Of a DNA stretch of 62,000 nt, positions 25,363-38,122 are shown piece after piece (the stretch's first letter is position 1; each line of letters starts with the position of its first letter). Source of the DNA: Callorhinchus milii. Taxonomy: Eukaryota. The notes under the pieces were generated by a model. That model saw nothing but the letters and a program-made list of their open reading frames with translations, was not told the origin of the DNA and did not search any database. The DNA is taken from assembly GCF_018977255.1 (NCBI RefSeq), contig NW_024704743.1:2108001-2170000 (forward strand), read 5' to 3'. The position numbers were made by a program, and so were the translations under genes.

Positions 25363-28060
25363 CATATAAATATGAAGAAATGTCAAGTTTTATATTTGTC
25401 TAGCTGGGACTGCTCTGCTGGTTAGGGCTTTGGCTCACAGAGTTGAGGACACAAGAACGTAAATCTCATTGAGGTCAACAATGTCTCGGACTATTGCAGA
25501 TCTTCCTGGTATACCTGAAACTAGTTTAACCCTCGAGAGACCCTATTTATTAAACTTCCTTCTCCCTCCTGTATATTTAGGCATACTGATTTTAAACACT
25601 GAATGAGTGAAGGCTGTAGGGATTCAAACTCAGAACTTTACACACCTAGATCAGCAGCTCACTATCCAGTGATACTTGTGGATTCTATTAAAACATTGGA
25701 AACTTCACTCTTGTGCTATGCAGTCATGTCCACAAGTTATGCAATTGCAGCCCATGCCCTTAAGTTGTGCAAATATCAGTACTCCTGTGGTGCTCCATCT
25801 AAACACAGCTAAATGTTGAATTTAATTTACTTCTTTCTTTACAAGTTATCTAGAATTAGAGTAGGTCACATTGGAATACATGGAACAGATATGGTCTATT
25901 TGCAGTAGACCTCAGATGTATATAAGCTGCGAAAAGGGCAGTCAGTCATAAAACAAACAGGGTGTACAGTTAATACATTAAGTGTGGTGGCTGCAGCGAA
26001 CCAGCTTTAACATTGCAGGGGGTTTTTCTAGGATATTTCTATGAATTAAATAACGAGTTATGCACAAAGAGGTGGTTTGTATGAGGAGTGGTTTCACTTG
26101 TTTTCCCTTTCCCATTTTAACAAATGTTCAATGTTTATTGGTTCCCACGCACATTTGTTTAGTGTTGACTCTGGTTGTATGGTGCAATAGTTGAATAGTT
26201 CATTGAAAGCACTGAGGAAAAGATCCAAAAGAACAGAACTAGAAGAGGAATCTGCAAGTTTTACTCAGCCTTTATAAAGAAGATTTTCTACTGCTGATGC
26301 AAGAATTGTTTCCTTTGGGTTCAATGCTATAAATTCCAAGGTCTGTCAAGCAAAGAATCACTTTTAAAAATTTGTATAATTTTACATGGCTTTACGACTA
26401 GAATAAGCAGACTTTAGTTTTAACTTCTCTTCCAAAAGCTGGTACCTAACAAAGAAAATTCCCTCCTTGTGCTTCAATCTAGATACATTTTATTCAAACT
26501 TTAATAATATTATTATTCAAATAAAATAATATTTTCTTGCATTTGAGACAGTACCTTATCACATCATTGATACATTTCAAAGCACTTCACAGAATATAAT
26601 TTAAAGTGAACCGACTGTATATTTCGTGGGCAAAACATTGAAATACGTGCACCAGATAAAGGCTTGCCCCTAAATGAATACTTTACAGAATATCCATTTA
26701 CAGAATGAGCTGGAAAAAGTGGCCCATATAACCCGTTAGGAACTCAACATCTATTCCTGTAACAGTGAATAGGTAGTTCAGGACATATGTACATGCAACT
26801 GCCAGGAAACTGCAAGAAGAACTAGATGGACGTTAGTCTTTTTTCGTCTGGCATTTCATATGTTCTAATGTCCTTCCTTTCCCGTCTCCCTCTCCAAACA
26901 AGAAAGATCAAGGGCAGAAAGGAAAACAAAAATATAAAATCCCCACAAAAAAAACATATGTAGACAAGGTTCCTAAACAAACAAACTAACAGTAAAAAGG
27001 TAATAGGAAGATTTATTTGGGGTTCTGTTCAACTTAAGCTTCCGGCAGGTCAAACAAGGAACCCCCCCCTCCCGCCCAATGCAATATCCTTGTATTCCCA
27101 ATATACCAGCATAGTATTGCACGGATGAGGGAAAACATACACAATTTTAAAAATCCTGCACAACTTCAACTTAGCTGCTGCTGGCTAAAGTATTGAAAGA
27201 AATCAGAAAATTTTATTTTGATAAACGAATGACATTAATAAGTTAAGTGAGAGATGTGTTTTGATAATAGCTTTACTGCATGGTGGAGGAAGGAAGAAAA
27301 ACAGTACGTGATGAAATATATAGAGGATTTCCAAGGCAGATCGTATAATAACAGATCAACTTTGGGCACCATTGGTTTAAAAAAATACATTTGATGCATC
27401 AGGTTAAAGCAGCTTATGACTGAGCAAAAACTAAAAATGCTTGTAGCCTATACTGAATTATCCAGCTTCAGACAGGCTTTATTTTCAGGCTATTGAAAGG
27501 TAAAGAGGAAGCCAAGCTTCCGACTTCTGATGACTATCCAGTGACCTTTGCTGGAATTGAGCAGCTGTATATACTGCGAAGAGAAGCCTCCAGATTATAC
27601 ATCCATTCAAACACCCAAAGCTGTTTTTATTTTTAAACACTAGATTGAAATAATTCCCATTTCTTAATTTAAATGACATTTTTCATTGTCCTAATCAAAA
27701 TGTCCGCTAATCATCGCTACCCAAATATAAAGAACATCTAAGTGATGGACGTAAAGGATATCTGTGGAATTGTACCCCTATACGAGTTGCTACCTTGGGG
27801 GAAGAAAGAGGAAAAACAGGTATTTACTGATCATGTGAAAAATCTTGGCTTTGAAAACGCAACCTATAAATAATAATACTTGCATTTGACACAGTGTTAT
27901 CAAGTCGCTGAGACGTCTCAAAACGCTTCTCAGAATATATTGTAATGAATGGACTGTATATTTTGTGGGTAAAAACAAAATACAACCGGATTCAAGAACT
28001 GGAGACATTTGAGAAATACAATGATGTAGCATCCTTGCATTCGAGACTGCAGTGCTGGAA

Positions 28061-28440
28061 ACAACAACTTGGATTTATATAGCGCCCTCCACGCCGGACG
28101 GCGTCTCAGAGTGCTTCACAGTAACGGATCCCAGGGCCGAGCCTGGAGGTGGGGGGAGGTGACCAAAGGCGCGATTGAAAAGAAAGGTCTTCAGCAGAGA
28201 CCTGAAAATGGGAAGGGAGGGAGCGAGACGAAGGGAGTGAGGAAGGCAGTTCCAGAGCCTCGGGGCGCAGTGGCTGAAGGCACAGCCACCGAGGGTGGAG
28301 CGGAGGACTCGGGAGGAGGCCAGACCCGGAGGAATGAAGGCAACGGGCACTGTTTTGAGGAGAGAGGAGGTCAGAGTGTGCAGAGGAGTGCGGGACTTGA
28401 TTACAAGGGTGAGGATCTTGAAATCGATCCTCTCTGGGAT
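28061..28440 (-). mobile_element. L2 LINE 3' fragment
   Basis: ERIDFKILTL...GGCAFSHCAPRLWNCLPHSLRLAPSLPIFRSLLKTFLF followed by a (GTT)n tail. Confidence 0.88.
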
Positions 28441-28799
28441 AACTCTAAAGAACTTGTGGTCTGAAATGCCATGTATATTAGATCTCTCAATTAAGACAGC
28501 CACAAATTATAGTGAAGGACATCTTTCTTTGCAATCAATTCTCAGAAATATTAGTTAAAACTTAACCGCAGTGCTTGCCGAACATTGCCACATCTGCTGC
28601 CTTCCCTCCATTAACAATTCCAGCAGCAAATTTTTTTAAAAAATTCAACAAAAAACTTGGCTGGTAACTGAGAAAATATTAATAAGCCTTGCCTTTGACA
28701 TAGTGCCTTATCACGTCTTCGAGACGTCACCAAGTGCTACACAGGATACACTGTAAAGTGAATTGCCTGTATCTTGCAGACGAAACTGAACAACGTACA

Positions 28800-29345
28800 T
28801 TTTTTGGGTCAGCCGGATGTCTGACACGCGGAAACTCATCAACTTGCTTATGAGTATCCAAAGCAAACAGAGTCCCAAGTGGAAATCGATATCGAGAGAT
28901 ATTTATTGGAACGGAATGCACACTCTCTCCTTAGACACACTTCCGGCTTACCTAATTCTAGAGAGCATTAGGTGCAGATTACAAGAGCCAAGGCCTGAGT
29001 TCCCCAGTGTGTGTTGGAATCTAACCAGCTAAAACTGCATAGCTTGCCATAATGCCATAGTCTGGCAAGCTTTCCATTGCTTGTTCACCTAGGACCACCA
29101 TCAAGCCTTTGGCTTGCTGGCTCAATAGGAACTGCTTGGAATGAGTCCTTGCCCATAGTGACTGGTCTGCCCTTCCAGCTCCTGTCAATGAGCCCGGTTG
29201 GCTGAGTTGTCATCAGCAGTGCCCTGGAATACTGCGGACCTGCCTGGCTCAAGAACTGGACTACTCAGAGTACAACAGCAGGCGCGATGCTGACAGTCCA
29301 TTGCCAAACTTGTCACTTTGGGGCCAACTCAGCTCCAAGGAGACC
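28800..29345 (+). mobile_element. Family B repeat (decayed non-LTR RT-thumb-like sequence, I-group/Ingi-Vingi-like)
   Basis: Encodes LEYCGPAWLKN from 29224. Inverted homolog at 31225-31797; further copies at ~19885-20520(+), 21975-22120(-), 45465-45805(-) and 49480-49720(+). Confidence 0.65.
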
Positions 29346-31224
29346 CCATTTACCTTCTCTTCTCCCCCCAACCCCCACCCAGCAGGAGGATAATCACAAG
29401 TTAGTCATTTGACAAAACAATTATTGTATTATTACATTACATTCAAGGAGAGAAAAAAAAACTTGCGTGCATAATGCATATGTGCCAATTATCCATTGTG
29501 CACCAATAACAGATATTTCTATAAATTGAACGTTGACCTGATGACTCAGTGGGGTCATTCAATGGGTTCACAGGAAGTTTGTTGATCTCAGATAGAGTGG
29601 TCCTGACAGCAGTATAACCTCATTGTCTTAGGTCATAGAATGAGAGAGAGAGAAAAAAAAACCCACAGCCAGACAGCAGTTCCTGCTCCCGATCCTTGTC
29701 CAGTGATATTTGCTGGGAAATCTGCACGTGAGGACATAGGATGCATACTCAATTCCAATTGATCGATCACGAATCGATTTCAAGAAGACTTGAGATCGAA
29801 GCATCAAAAGTGTGACCAGCTGCTTATCTGGTACTGAAGCAAGCAGAGTTCTACACATCTGCAGTGTTTCACGGAACGTAATCGCAATGCTAGTGGGAGA
29901 ATCACCACTTGAAACGACAAAAATATAAGGGGTAGATTGTCAACCTGCTCTGCCTTTAAAGTTTAATGCAAAATTGCAGTAATGCGCCCACCTAAGACCA
30001 TGTGTATGATTTGCAAGAAACGAAGTAACTCGCCAACCAACATTCCTTTTTCTCGAGAAATGACCTTGTATCATCTGGTACCTTCCCACAAAAGTCCAAC
30101 TAAGATCAGAAAATTCTCACCCGTCTATGGGAAATGATTGACAAAATATTATCTGCAGTGCATTGAGTAACCATTACAATATGCCTTAATACATCAACTG
30201 AAGGCAAACACAAAAACCCTGCAAGTCAGGTCAGGAGCACATCACAGTCGGGCCTCACAATTCAGAAAAGTGCGGGTATAAAGAGGTTATACAAATGTAA
30301 AATTCTTGCTCTTGTGCACTGTGCATTGCAGTACATTTTCGGTTATGACCGTCCGACTTCCACACATAGCCTCCCGACACCTAAGCGCCGCAGCAACCAC
30401 CGGAAATATTCTCAGGAGTGGTTGCCAGATTCCACGCTTGAGCAGCATGCAGAAATTGAAGGCAGCAGCAGCAACAACAACTTGCATTTACACAGCGCCC
30501 CAGAGCGCTTCACAGGGGCAGAGTCTGACAACTCCAGCAGTAACTGGAAGTGCTGACAGAATGACTTTTTTTTTAAAAAGTGTGCTCCATTACTTACATA
30601 CGGTCTGAATTTACGCACCAAGCGCCACAGCAGAAGCGTTCAGGTCACAAAGTGGTACAGTTAAAGGATTTTTTTTAAAACATCTCAAAAAATGGGCAAT
30701 GCTGAAAAAAGCCAGTGGGGGATGGTAGCCTTCATGGTAACGCTACTGAACCAGCAACGGAAAGATCATGGATTTGAATCTGCAGTTGCGCAATTTCAAT
30801 TTAAAAAATCCTACCGACTTTCAAGAAAGAAAATCTTTCAAGATTTTGACCTCAGACCTATTAAACAAAACCTTTACCTGGTCTGGTTTACATGCGACTC
30901 GAGACCCACACTGTGTGGTCGATTTTCAATACCCACTGAAATAATGGCCTACCCAGCAAGTCATTCAGGGGTGAGAAAATCGCTCTAGAAAAATACTTCC
31001 ACGTAGAATTTTGGATTTGATCTTATTGCCATGTCTACAGAACAATACAGATATGGCAGTTTCAAATATGCAGCATAAATAATTTGGACAATAACCTCAG
31101 AAGGGTGGAGGATTCAAAAGGGCATAAAATCAGAAGGGGACAATACAAATAAAAAGTTACATGTCATGTTTTCAGACACTGTGGTGTGTCTGTCCCGAGG
31201 AATGATGCTAAATGTAACCTCACA

Positions 31225-31797
31225 TCTATTAAGCAGGGTCTCCTTGGAGCAAAGCAGGATCTCCATGGCTCTGAACTGGCTCCAAGGGGACATGCATGGT
31301 CTCTAGTCCGATTCCTGAGCCAGGCAGGTCCGCAGTATTCCAGGACACTCACTGCTGATGACAGCACAGCCAACCTAACCTCGCTCATCAGCATAACCTG
31401 GAAGAGCAGACCAGTCATTGGGGGGAGGGAGTCATCCCACTCAGCTCCTGTTAATCCTGCAGGTTAAGCCAAAACCCTAATGGGTAGAGTGGTCCTTGAT
31501 GGACAAGCTGTGGAAATGCTTGCCGGACATCAATATCAATTTATGCTGGTGAGACTCCAACAGTACCCCAACGCACACTATGATGTCCCCAAACCTTGGT
31601 TCTTCCCAACCTGCGCCTAATACTTTCCAGAATCAGGTAAGCCGGATGCGTCCATCTAGGGAGAATCGATTCCAACAATCTATCTCTGGGATTTCTATGT
31701 GTGGGTGGGACGCATGGAAACCTCAGCTTGGTTTGGATACTCTTAAGCACGGTGATGGTTTTCCACATGTGTCAAGGCACCCGGCTGAGCAAAATAA
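31225..31797 (-). mobile_element. Family B repeat, inverted copy
   Basis: ORF 31164..31418 contains RLAVLSSAVSVLEYCGPAWLRN. Perfect 28-nt reverse complement between 31317-31344 and 29223-29250. Confidence 0.65.
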
Positions 31798-32715
31798 ATG
31801 CTGCTGCTCTACATTGCAATAGAATAACAACCCTTGCATTTGATAGAGCCCCCTCAACGCACCTTTGAGTATAGCGTCAAGTGTGGATTGACTGCATATT
31901 TTCCTGGGCGGAATCTTCTCTGACAGTCAGTGCAAAAGATATTGCGGCTCGGGGGTGGGGGGGGGTGAAAAAGATCAACTGACGAGAACTTATTCAAATG
32001 GCCAACGTCGGCTTGGTTTAGACCAGCCCCCTCCCCTCGAACACTCAGGCAAAATACACAAGTTGGACTGTAAACGCTCTGACTGCGCCTGCTTATTGAA
32101 ACCAAGCAGCAGCGCATTCATTGCACTTCAACTACAATATAAATTCTCCCCTCACACCCCCCGCCCGCCCGTCCCGCCCCCCCATTTTGTAAATGGAAAT
32201 TAAAATCTAGAGAGAGACAGCAAATTTTGGGCCACACACGTGCGAGAGAAAGGGACAACCTGCTGCACAGGAAGGATTTTTTTTTTAAAAAAAAATTCCA
32301 GAAATGTCTCACCCTTGCATTTCCACCCCCCACCCCCCCCACCACCCCCCATGCGACCCCCTCCTCCCCACCACTACCACCCCCCACCCCCACACAAAAC
32401 CCTCGGGTCCAGCCTCCTGCCTTTCTCCCCATTGTCAGGTCACTTTAACTCAGTGGCAACAAACCAACCAATAACAGATCAACACATTCCCTCTTCTCCC
32501 CCCCCCCCACTCCCTCCCTCCCCCATATCCCACAACACACACACACTCCCCCCCCCCTCCTCCATATCCCATCACAATCACATACAATAGCCCCCCACCC
32601 CCCCCTCCACTCTCTCTTCCTCCCTCTATCCCCCTTCCCCCCCACCCACCCATTACACAAACACGAACCCCCCCCCCACCCACACACACACGCACAAATA
32701 ATCCTTATCACTCAC

Positions 32716-32809
32716 CGCCACAGTACAGCACCGGGTCCCTCACAGCTCGACCCGGTTGCAGGAACAGCAGGAACAGCGCCAGGATAACGCGATGCCGACT
32801 CCAGCCCAT
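32716..32809 (-). CDS. CNPY1: Canopy FGF signalling regulator 1, coding exon 1 (signal peptide)
   Basis: ATG at 32809-32807 gives MGWSRHRVILALFLLFLQPGRAVRDPVLYCG + 1 nt, then a GTGAGT donor. Hydrophobic signal-peptide core and the LYCG motif of canopy proteins. 94 nt, phase 1. Confidence 0.9.
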
Positions 32810-32949
32810 GGGGGATGCGGGGGGGGGGAGACAGGGAGGGGGAGGGGGGAGACAGGGAGGGGGAGGGGGGGAGGAGGAGGAAAGGAAGGAAGGAGGAGGG
32901 AGACCTCTTTCTTCTTCAACTCGCTTCACGACACGACTTGACGGTCTCC

Positions 32950-33185
32950 ACACACAGACAGTCACACAGTCACCCCCTCACCCCCACAGACACAGTCACC
33001 CCCACCCCACAGTCACACAGTCACCCCCTCACCCCCACAGACACAGTCACCCCCACCCCCACAGTCACACACAGACACAGTCACACACAGTCACCCCCAC
33101 AGTCACACACAGACAGTCACACAGTCACCCCCTCACCCCCACAGACACAGTCACCCCCACCCCCACAGTCACACACAGACACACA
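32950..33185. repeat. CACAGTCAC-based minisatellite upstream of the CNPY1 ATG
   Basis: Repeated cacacagtcaccccctcacccccacagacacagtcacccccaccccc modules. Confidence 0.9.
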
Positions 33186-33399
33186 CGACGGTGACGACGA
33201 GAGGAACAAAAACCCTTTTTTTCTCTCCCCCCCCAAAAAAAAATATATATATAAAGATAAAATAAACCAACACAAACAAACACAAACAAACAAAGAAGCC
33301 GAGGGAACTCGGGCCCCCAACACACACACACACACACACACACAGACAAATGTTTTTTTTGGGGGGTTAAAAAAATAATAATAATAAACTCGGTCGCTC

Positions 33400-33900
33400 T
33401 CTCGATGGAGGTGTAAAGTTTCTCTCACAGTGTGTGGGGTCGGTCGGTCGGTCACTCGGTCGGTCGCAGCCGAAGCTGTAGAGCGCTCGAGCTGACAGGA
33501 CGGACGGACGGACGGACGGACGGCGAGAGAGCGCGCGCGGACTTTTCCCTCTCACTCTCTCTCTGACTGACTTTCTCTCTTATTCTGAGTTAACTCCGCT
33601 GCTATTTAAACATGGAGTCGGTCGGTCTCCCTCGCTCCCTCGCTGCTCGGTCTCTGTCTGTCTGTCTGTCTGTGCTCAGCAGAGGGCGGGGGAGCCCCGG
33701 GCCTCCCGATGGCGGCACCTCCTCCCCTCACTGACACCCACGGGCCACGCTGTTCAGGACGGACCGACGTCCGTCCGTACGCACACGCCCGCCCGCCCCC
33801 GTACGTCATCACGCAGCGCGCCGCGCCGCGCCGCACGTACCCCCCCCCCCCCCCTTCTCTCCCTCCCTGACGTGCGGCTCCAACTAACCTCCAACCAATA
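33400..33900 (-). promoter_or_regulatory. CpG-rich promoter / 5' region of CNPY1
   Basis: Dense CpG, GC boxes (gcccgcccgcccc ~33787-33800), CRE-like TACGTCA 33802-33808, TGACGTG 33868-33874 and CCAAT 33895-33899. Lies 0.6-1.1 kb upstream of the CNPY1 ATG. Confidence 0.65.
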
Positions 33901-34680
33901 AACCTCCAACTAACCAACCACCAACCAACCAACCGCCAACCTGCAACCAACCAACCGCCAACCTGCATCCAGCCAACCATCAACCTCCAAACAACCAACC
34001 TTCAACCAACCAACCGCCAACCTTCAACCAACCAACCGCCAACCAACCAACCGCCAACCTTCAACCAACCAACCAACCATCAACCTCCAACCAACCAATC
34101 GTCAACCTCCAAACAACCAACCTTCAACCAACCAACCGCCAACCTTCAACCAACCAACCGCCAACCTTCAACCAACCGCCAACCTTCAACCAACCAACCG
34201 CCAACCTTCAACCAACCACCAACCTGCATCCAACCAACCGCCAACCTTCAACCAACCAACCGCCAACCTTCAACCAACCACCAACCTACATCCAACCAAC
34301 CGCCAACCTTCAATCAACCAACCGCCAACCTTCAACCAACGATCAACCTTCAACCAACCAACCGCCAACCTGCAACCAAGCAACCGCCAACCTGCAACCA
34401 ACCAACCACCAACCTGCATCCAACCAACCGCCAACCTTCAACCAACCAACCGCCAACCTTCACCCAACCAACCGCCAACCTTCAACCAACCATCAACCTT
34501 CAACCAACCAACCGCCAACCTTCAACCAACCGTCAACCTTCAACCAACCAACCGCCAACCTTCAACCAACCAACCGTCAACCTCCAACCAACCGCCACCC
34601 TCCAACCAACCGCCACCCAACTGCCACCCAAATGCCAACCAACCTCCAACTTCCAACCAACCTCCAACCAACCGTCAACA
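33880..34680. repeat. (CCAA)n-derived compound satellite
   Basis: About 800 nt of ccgccaaccttcaaccaaccaa-type units directly upstream of the CNPY1 promoter. Confidence 0.95.
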
Positions 34681-34934
34681 ACAACACATTACATTTGTAT
34701 AGCGCCTTTCATGTCAGGAGGCAATGCCTCATTGCCAACCAAACGCCTCGCACAGTGCATTCCCCTGACGTGCCGCCTCCTCCAACTGCCATGAGCTCCG
34801 GTTTGTCACTGTTCACCCCCCGCCTCAACTGCCAAGGGCCAGCTGCCAACAAAAGACCAACCACTCAATGGTCAACTGCCAACCAACATCCAACCACCCA
34901 ATGGCCAACTGCCAACCAACAGCCAATGGCACAA

Positions 34935-35232
34935 CCTGAAGATGGGGAAAGAAGAGGCAAGGCAGTGGGATAGAGGAACAGTGTTCCAGAGTTTCGGGGC
35001 ATGGTGGCTGAAAGCGTGGCCACCAATGGTGGAAGGGAGGGCACAAGAGCCATGCAGGAAGCTGGAGGCAGTCGAGCGGAGGCAGCAGGTTGTGGGTTGG
35101 GGGTTAAGCAGGTCGGAGAGGGAGGGAGGTGCCAGGGAATGAAGGGATTTGAAAATGAACGTGACGATCTTGAACTCGATCCGTTCGACGATAGGGAGCC
35201 AGTGCAGCCTGGCTAGAACCAATGTGATGGGG
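34935..35232 (-). mobile_element. L2 LINE 3' fragment
   Basis: LARLHWLPIVERIEFKIVTF...GGHAFSHHAPKLWN (ORF 34872..35222). A detached tail piece lies at ~34676-34722. Confidence 0.85.
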
Positions 35233-36674
35233 ACACACTTATTGGGCTGAATGGCCGGTTTCTGTGCTTTGCCATTTCTAAGAATACAAAATCTTGTCAG
35301 TCACATCGTTAGCTGCATAATTACAATAGTTTTAAATCATTTCAGATTATTTTTTTCTGGTAATCTGCATGAAGATGCCTTCTTGGTTTGAATGTTATGT
35401 TTCATCATCCAATAGAGGGAGCTGTTACAAAATAAACATACCACAATACAATTCTAATGTAATTATTGTTTTCTATCATATAGCAATATATATGTACTGT
35501 GGTTGGTTGCAGACCGACAAATGAAGGAAAAAATGTTGGCAACTGAAATAGTTTGTTGAAAATTGTGAGAAGAACTAGAAATCCCAATTATTCAATTTAT
35601 TTGTTTAATAATCTAATTGCAAAGTAATCTGGGACATCCAGCCTACTGAGCTCAGTCAGTTGTGACATTCAACTGAACCTGGGAACATAAAGCTCTGGGT
35701 TTATATCCTATTGAGTGTGATTAACTGAGTACTTTGTCCAAAGATATTCCCTGAGGGAAGGGTAAAAATGAGATGAATTGGCTCTAAAGCAACATGCTTG
35801 GCAAAGTTGCAGTATTGTGAAGTATCGTTGGCTGACTAGAAGGCTTCGCTAGTCCTCAATAAGATTTGGAGGCGTAGACATGGAAGAAGTTAAGGGATAT
35901 GAGAGTGGGTGGGTGGGGAGGGACAGTAGTGGCAGACACAGTGAACCAAATGGCCTTCTCGTGCTGAAAATGTCCACACTGCTTTTCTATGCAAACTAGG
36001 ATTAGATGTATTTTGATACATGTGTTAGTTAAAGATGGTTTTACTGAACCTCAAGAGTAAGGCGCAATCCTGTTCACTGGGAGTCAAATGCAGAAATCTG
36101 GGAATTAGTGGTCGATCTGGTTTCATGGACATGAGCAAGTGCTCTGCATGAGGGGCATGATATAAATGCAAGTTGTTGTTGTTGTTGGCATTAAGAAGGA
36201 AGAGTATTGATTAAGGATCCGCTCCTGACACACCAGGGTACATTTCTAATCAGCATAATATGGATTTCAAAATTTCTACTATTCTCACTCTACCTATCTA
36301 TAGGTAATACAAGTACACCTTTGAACTGTGTTGAAAGCTCTCTCATTAGTGTGCCTTTTGACATTGTTTCCAACAATTTTCTTGAAATATTGTGTTTTAC
36401 TTTGGTAGTGCATGAAGATAAGAACCTTGAAATGTGTCAGTCGCAACAAATCTGTTCTTGGGTTTTACATGTTTAAGGGTAAAATAAAGAGATTTGCAAA
36501 TCATGGCTGGAAACTAACGTAGAAATCAGATGAAGTGCTGGCAATCCTGTTTCACGGATATTTCTCACACAGCACACTGCTTTGACATTCAAACAGAATT
36601 GCCTTCAATCTGTCATCTTCTTGCACTTCAGTAATTTCCAAACTGAAAAGCTGCCTCATCAATTAGAAAAAAGA

Positions 36675-37075
36675 CAGAACCTGCGTTTTTATAGAGCTTT
36701 TTCGGATTGAAACCTCTCAAAGGTCACCGCTGTCAAGTGTAGTGACTTTTTGTAGGCAAAAGTGGCAGCCATTTGTTCCAGCAAAGACCCACAAACAGCT
36801 ATGAGGTGAATGACCAATTATCCTGGTTGGCTGGGATATCAGGAAAAAGTCCCTTCTCTCTTCAAATAGTGTCATGGATCATGAAAGTTCACCTTAACAG
36901 GCAGATAAGACAGGCAGACGTTCAATGTTTCATCCATAAGACAGCAACTCTGACAATACAACAGTTCTTCAGTATTGCACTGGAGTGTCAGACAAGATTA
37001 TGAGTTTCTGATTTGAACTCACAATCTTCTAACTCGGAAATTAGAAAGGTTCTACTGTACCAACTGAGATAGGCT
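36675..37075 (-). mobile_element. Deu-domain SINE (SacSINE1/AmnSINE-like), near full length, decayed
   Basis: Resembles my recollection of the Deu-domain consensus (ttcaaatagtgtcatggatc...gttcaatgtttcatccataagacagcaactctgacaat...cagtattgcactggagtgtcag on +). Family name is from memory, not from a search. Confidence 0.7.
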
Positions 37076-37172
37076 GACCAAACAGAACTCTAAATAATCT
37101 GTCGCAGCCTAGAATGTTGACCGTAAATCTAAGCGGAGGAGAACTTTTCAATTCTGTACCTTAAAATTGTTG

Positions 37173-38122
37173 AACAAAACAACAAGAAGATTACATTTGT
37201 ATAGCACCTTTCACGACGGGAGGATGTCCCAGTGTATAGCATTTCAGACCCGAGCTGGGGTCTGGGGGGAGAAGGGAGGGGAGGGGAAGTGGGGTGACCT
37301 ATAGCATGCTCGAATAGGAGGGTCTTGAGGTGGGACTTGAAGGAGGCTAAGGAGGGGGCGAGACGGAGTGATTGGGGGATGGAATTCCAGAGGTTGGGGG
37401 CAGAGTGGCTGAAGGCTCTCCCGCTAATGGTATGGCGGGTGGGTCGGGGAACGTGGAGCAGGCCGGAGCCGGCTGAGTGGAGGGAGCGGGTGATTTGGTA
37501 GGTGGTTAGGAGGTCACAGAGGTAGGGTGGGGTGAGGCTGTGGAGGGCTTTGTAGGTGAGGACCAGGATCTTGAACTGGATCCTCTGAAGGATAGGGAGC
37601 CAATGGAGTCGGGCGAGAGTGGTAGTGATGGGGTCACGGAGTTTGGTGCGGGAGAGGACACGGGCTGCAGAGTTCTGGATTATTTGCAGCCTGTGGAAGG
37701 AGGAGTTGGGAAGGTTGACAAGCATGGCATTTGCATAGTTGAGCCTGGGGGTAATGAAGGCATGAACAAGAGTTTCAGCGGCCTGAGGGGTGAGGTAGTG
37801 ACAGAGTCGGGCGATGTTACGGAGGTGAGGGAAGGCAGAGTGGGTCATGGCTTGGATGTGGGGAAGAAAAGACAGTTGAGGGTCGAACAAGACACCGAGG
37901 TTCCTGACTGGCTGGTGAGTTGAAGTGTGCAACCATGGAGGTTGATGCTGCCAGAGCCTGAGATGCTGAGGCGCTGGCGTGAGCCAATCAGGAGAGCCTC
38001 AGTCTTGTTCACATTCAACTGTAGGACTTGATGTCCGACGGGCAGTCTCAGGACAGCAGTGGTCCTGGAGTTGAGGGTGGAGGCAGAAAGATAGAGTTGG
38101 ATGTCATCCGCATACATATGGA
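37173..38122 (-). mobile_element. L2-clade LINE, 5'-truncated (RT C-terminal half + 3' tail)
   Basis: ORF 37845..38117 contains YADDIQLYLS. ORF 37129..37932 contains VRNLGVLFDPQLSF...RLNYANAML...LHWLPILQRIQFKILVL. A frameshift separates them; the tail is ...gtgaaaggtgctatacaaatgtaat(cttgttgt). Confidence 0.92.

Noticed and set aside
33730..33900. Canonical ERSE in the CNPY1 promoter
   Set aside because: CCACG occurs at 33738 and 33745, but no CCAAT lies 9 nt upstream of either.
32118..33998. Cluster of His/Pro/Gly-rich ORFs
   Set aside because: They come from poly-C tracts and the CACAGTCAC and CCAA repeats. Only 32809-32716 has protein-family support.
37129..37932. 267-aa ORF as a host gene
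   Set aside because: It is the RT C-terminus of a truncated, frameshifted L2 LINE.
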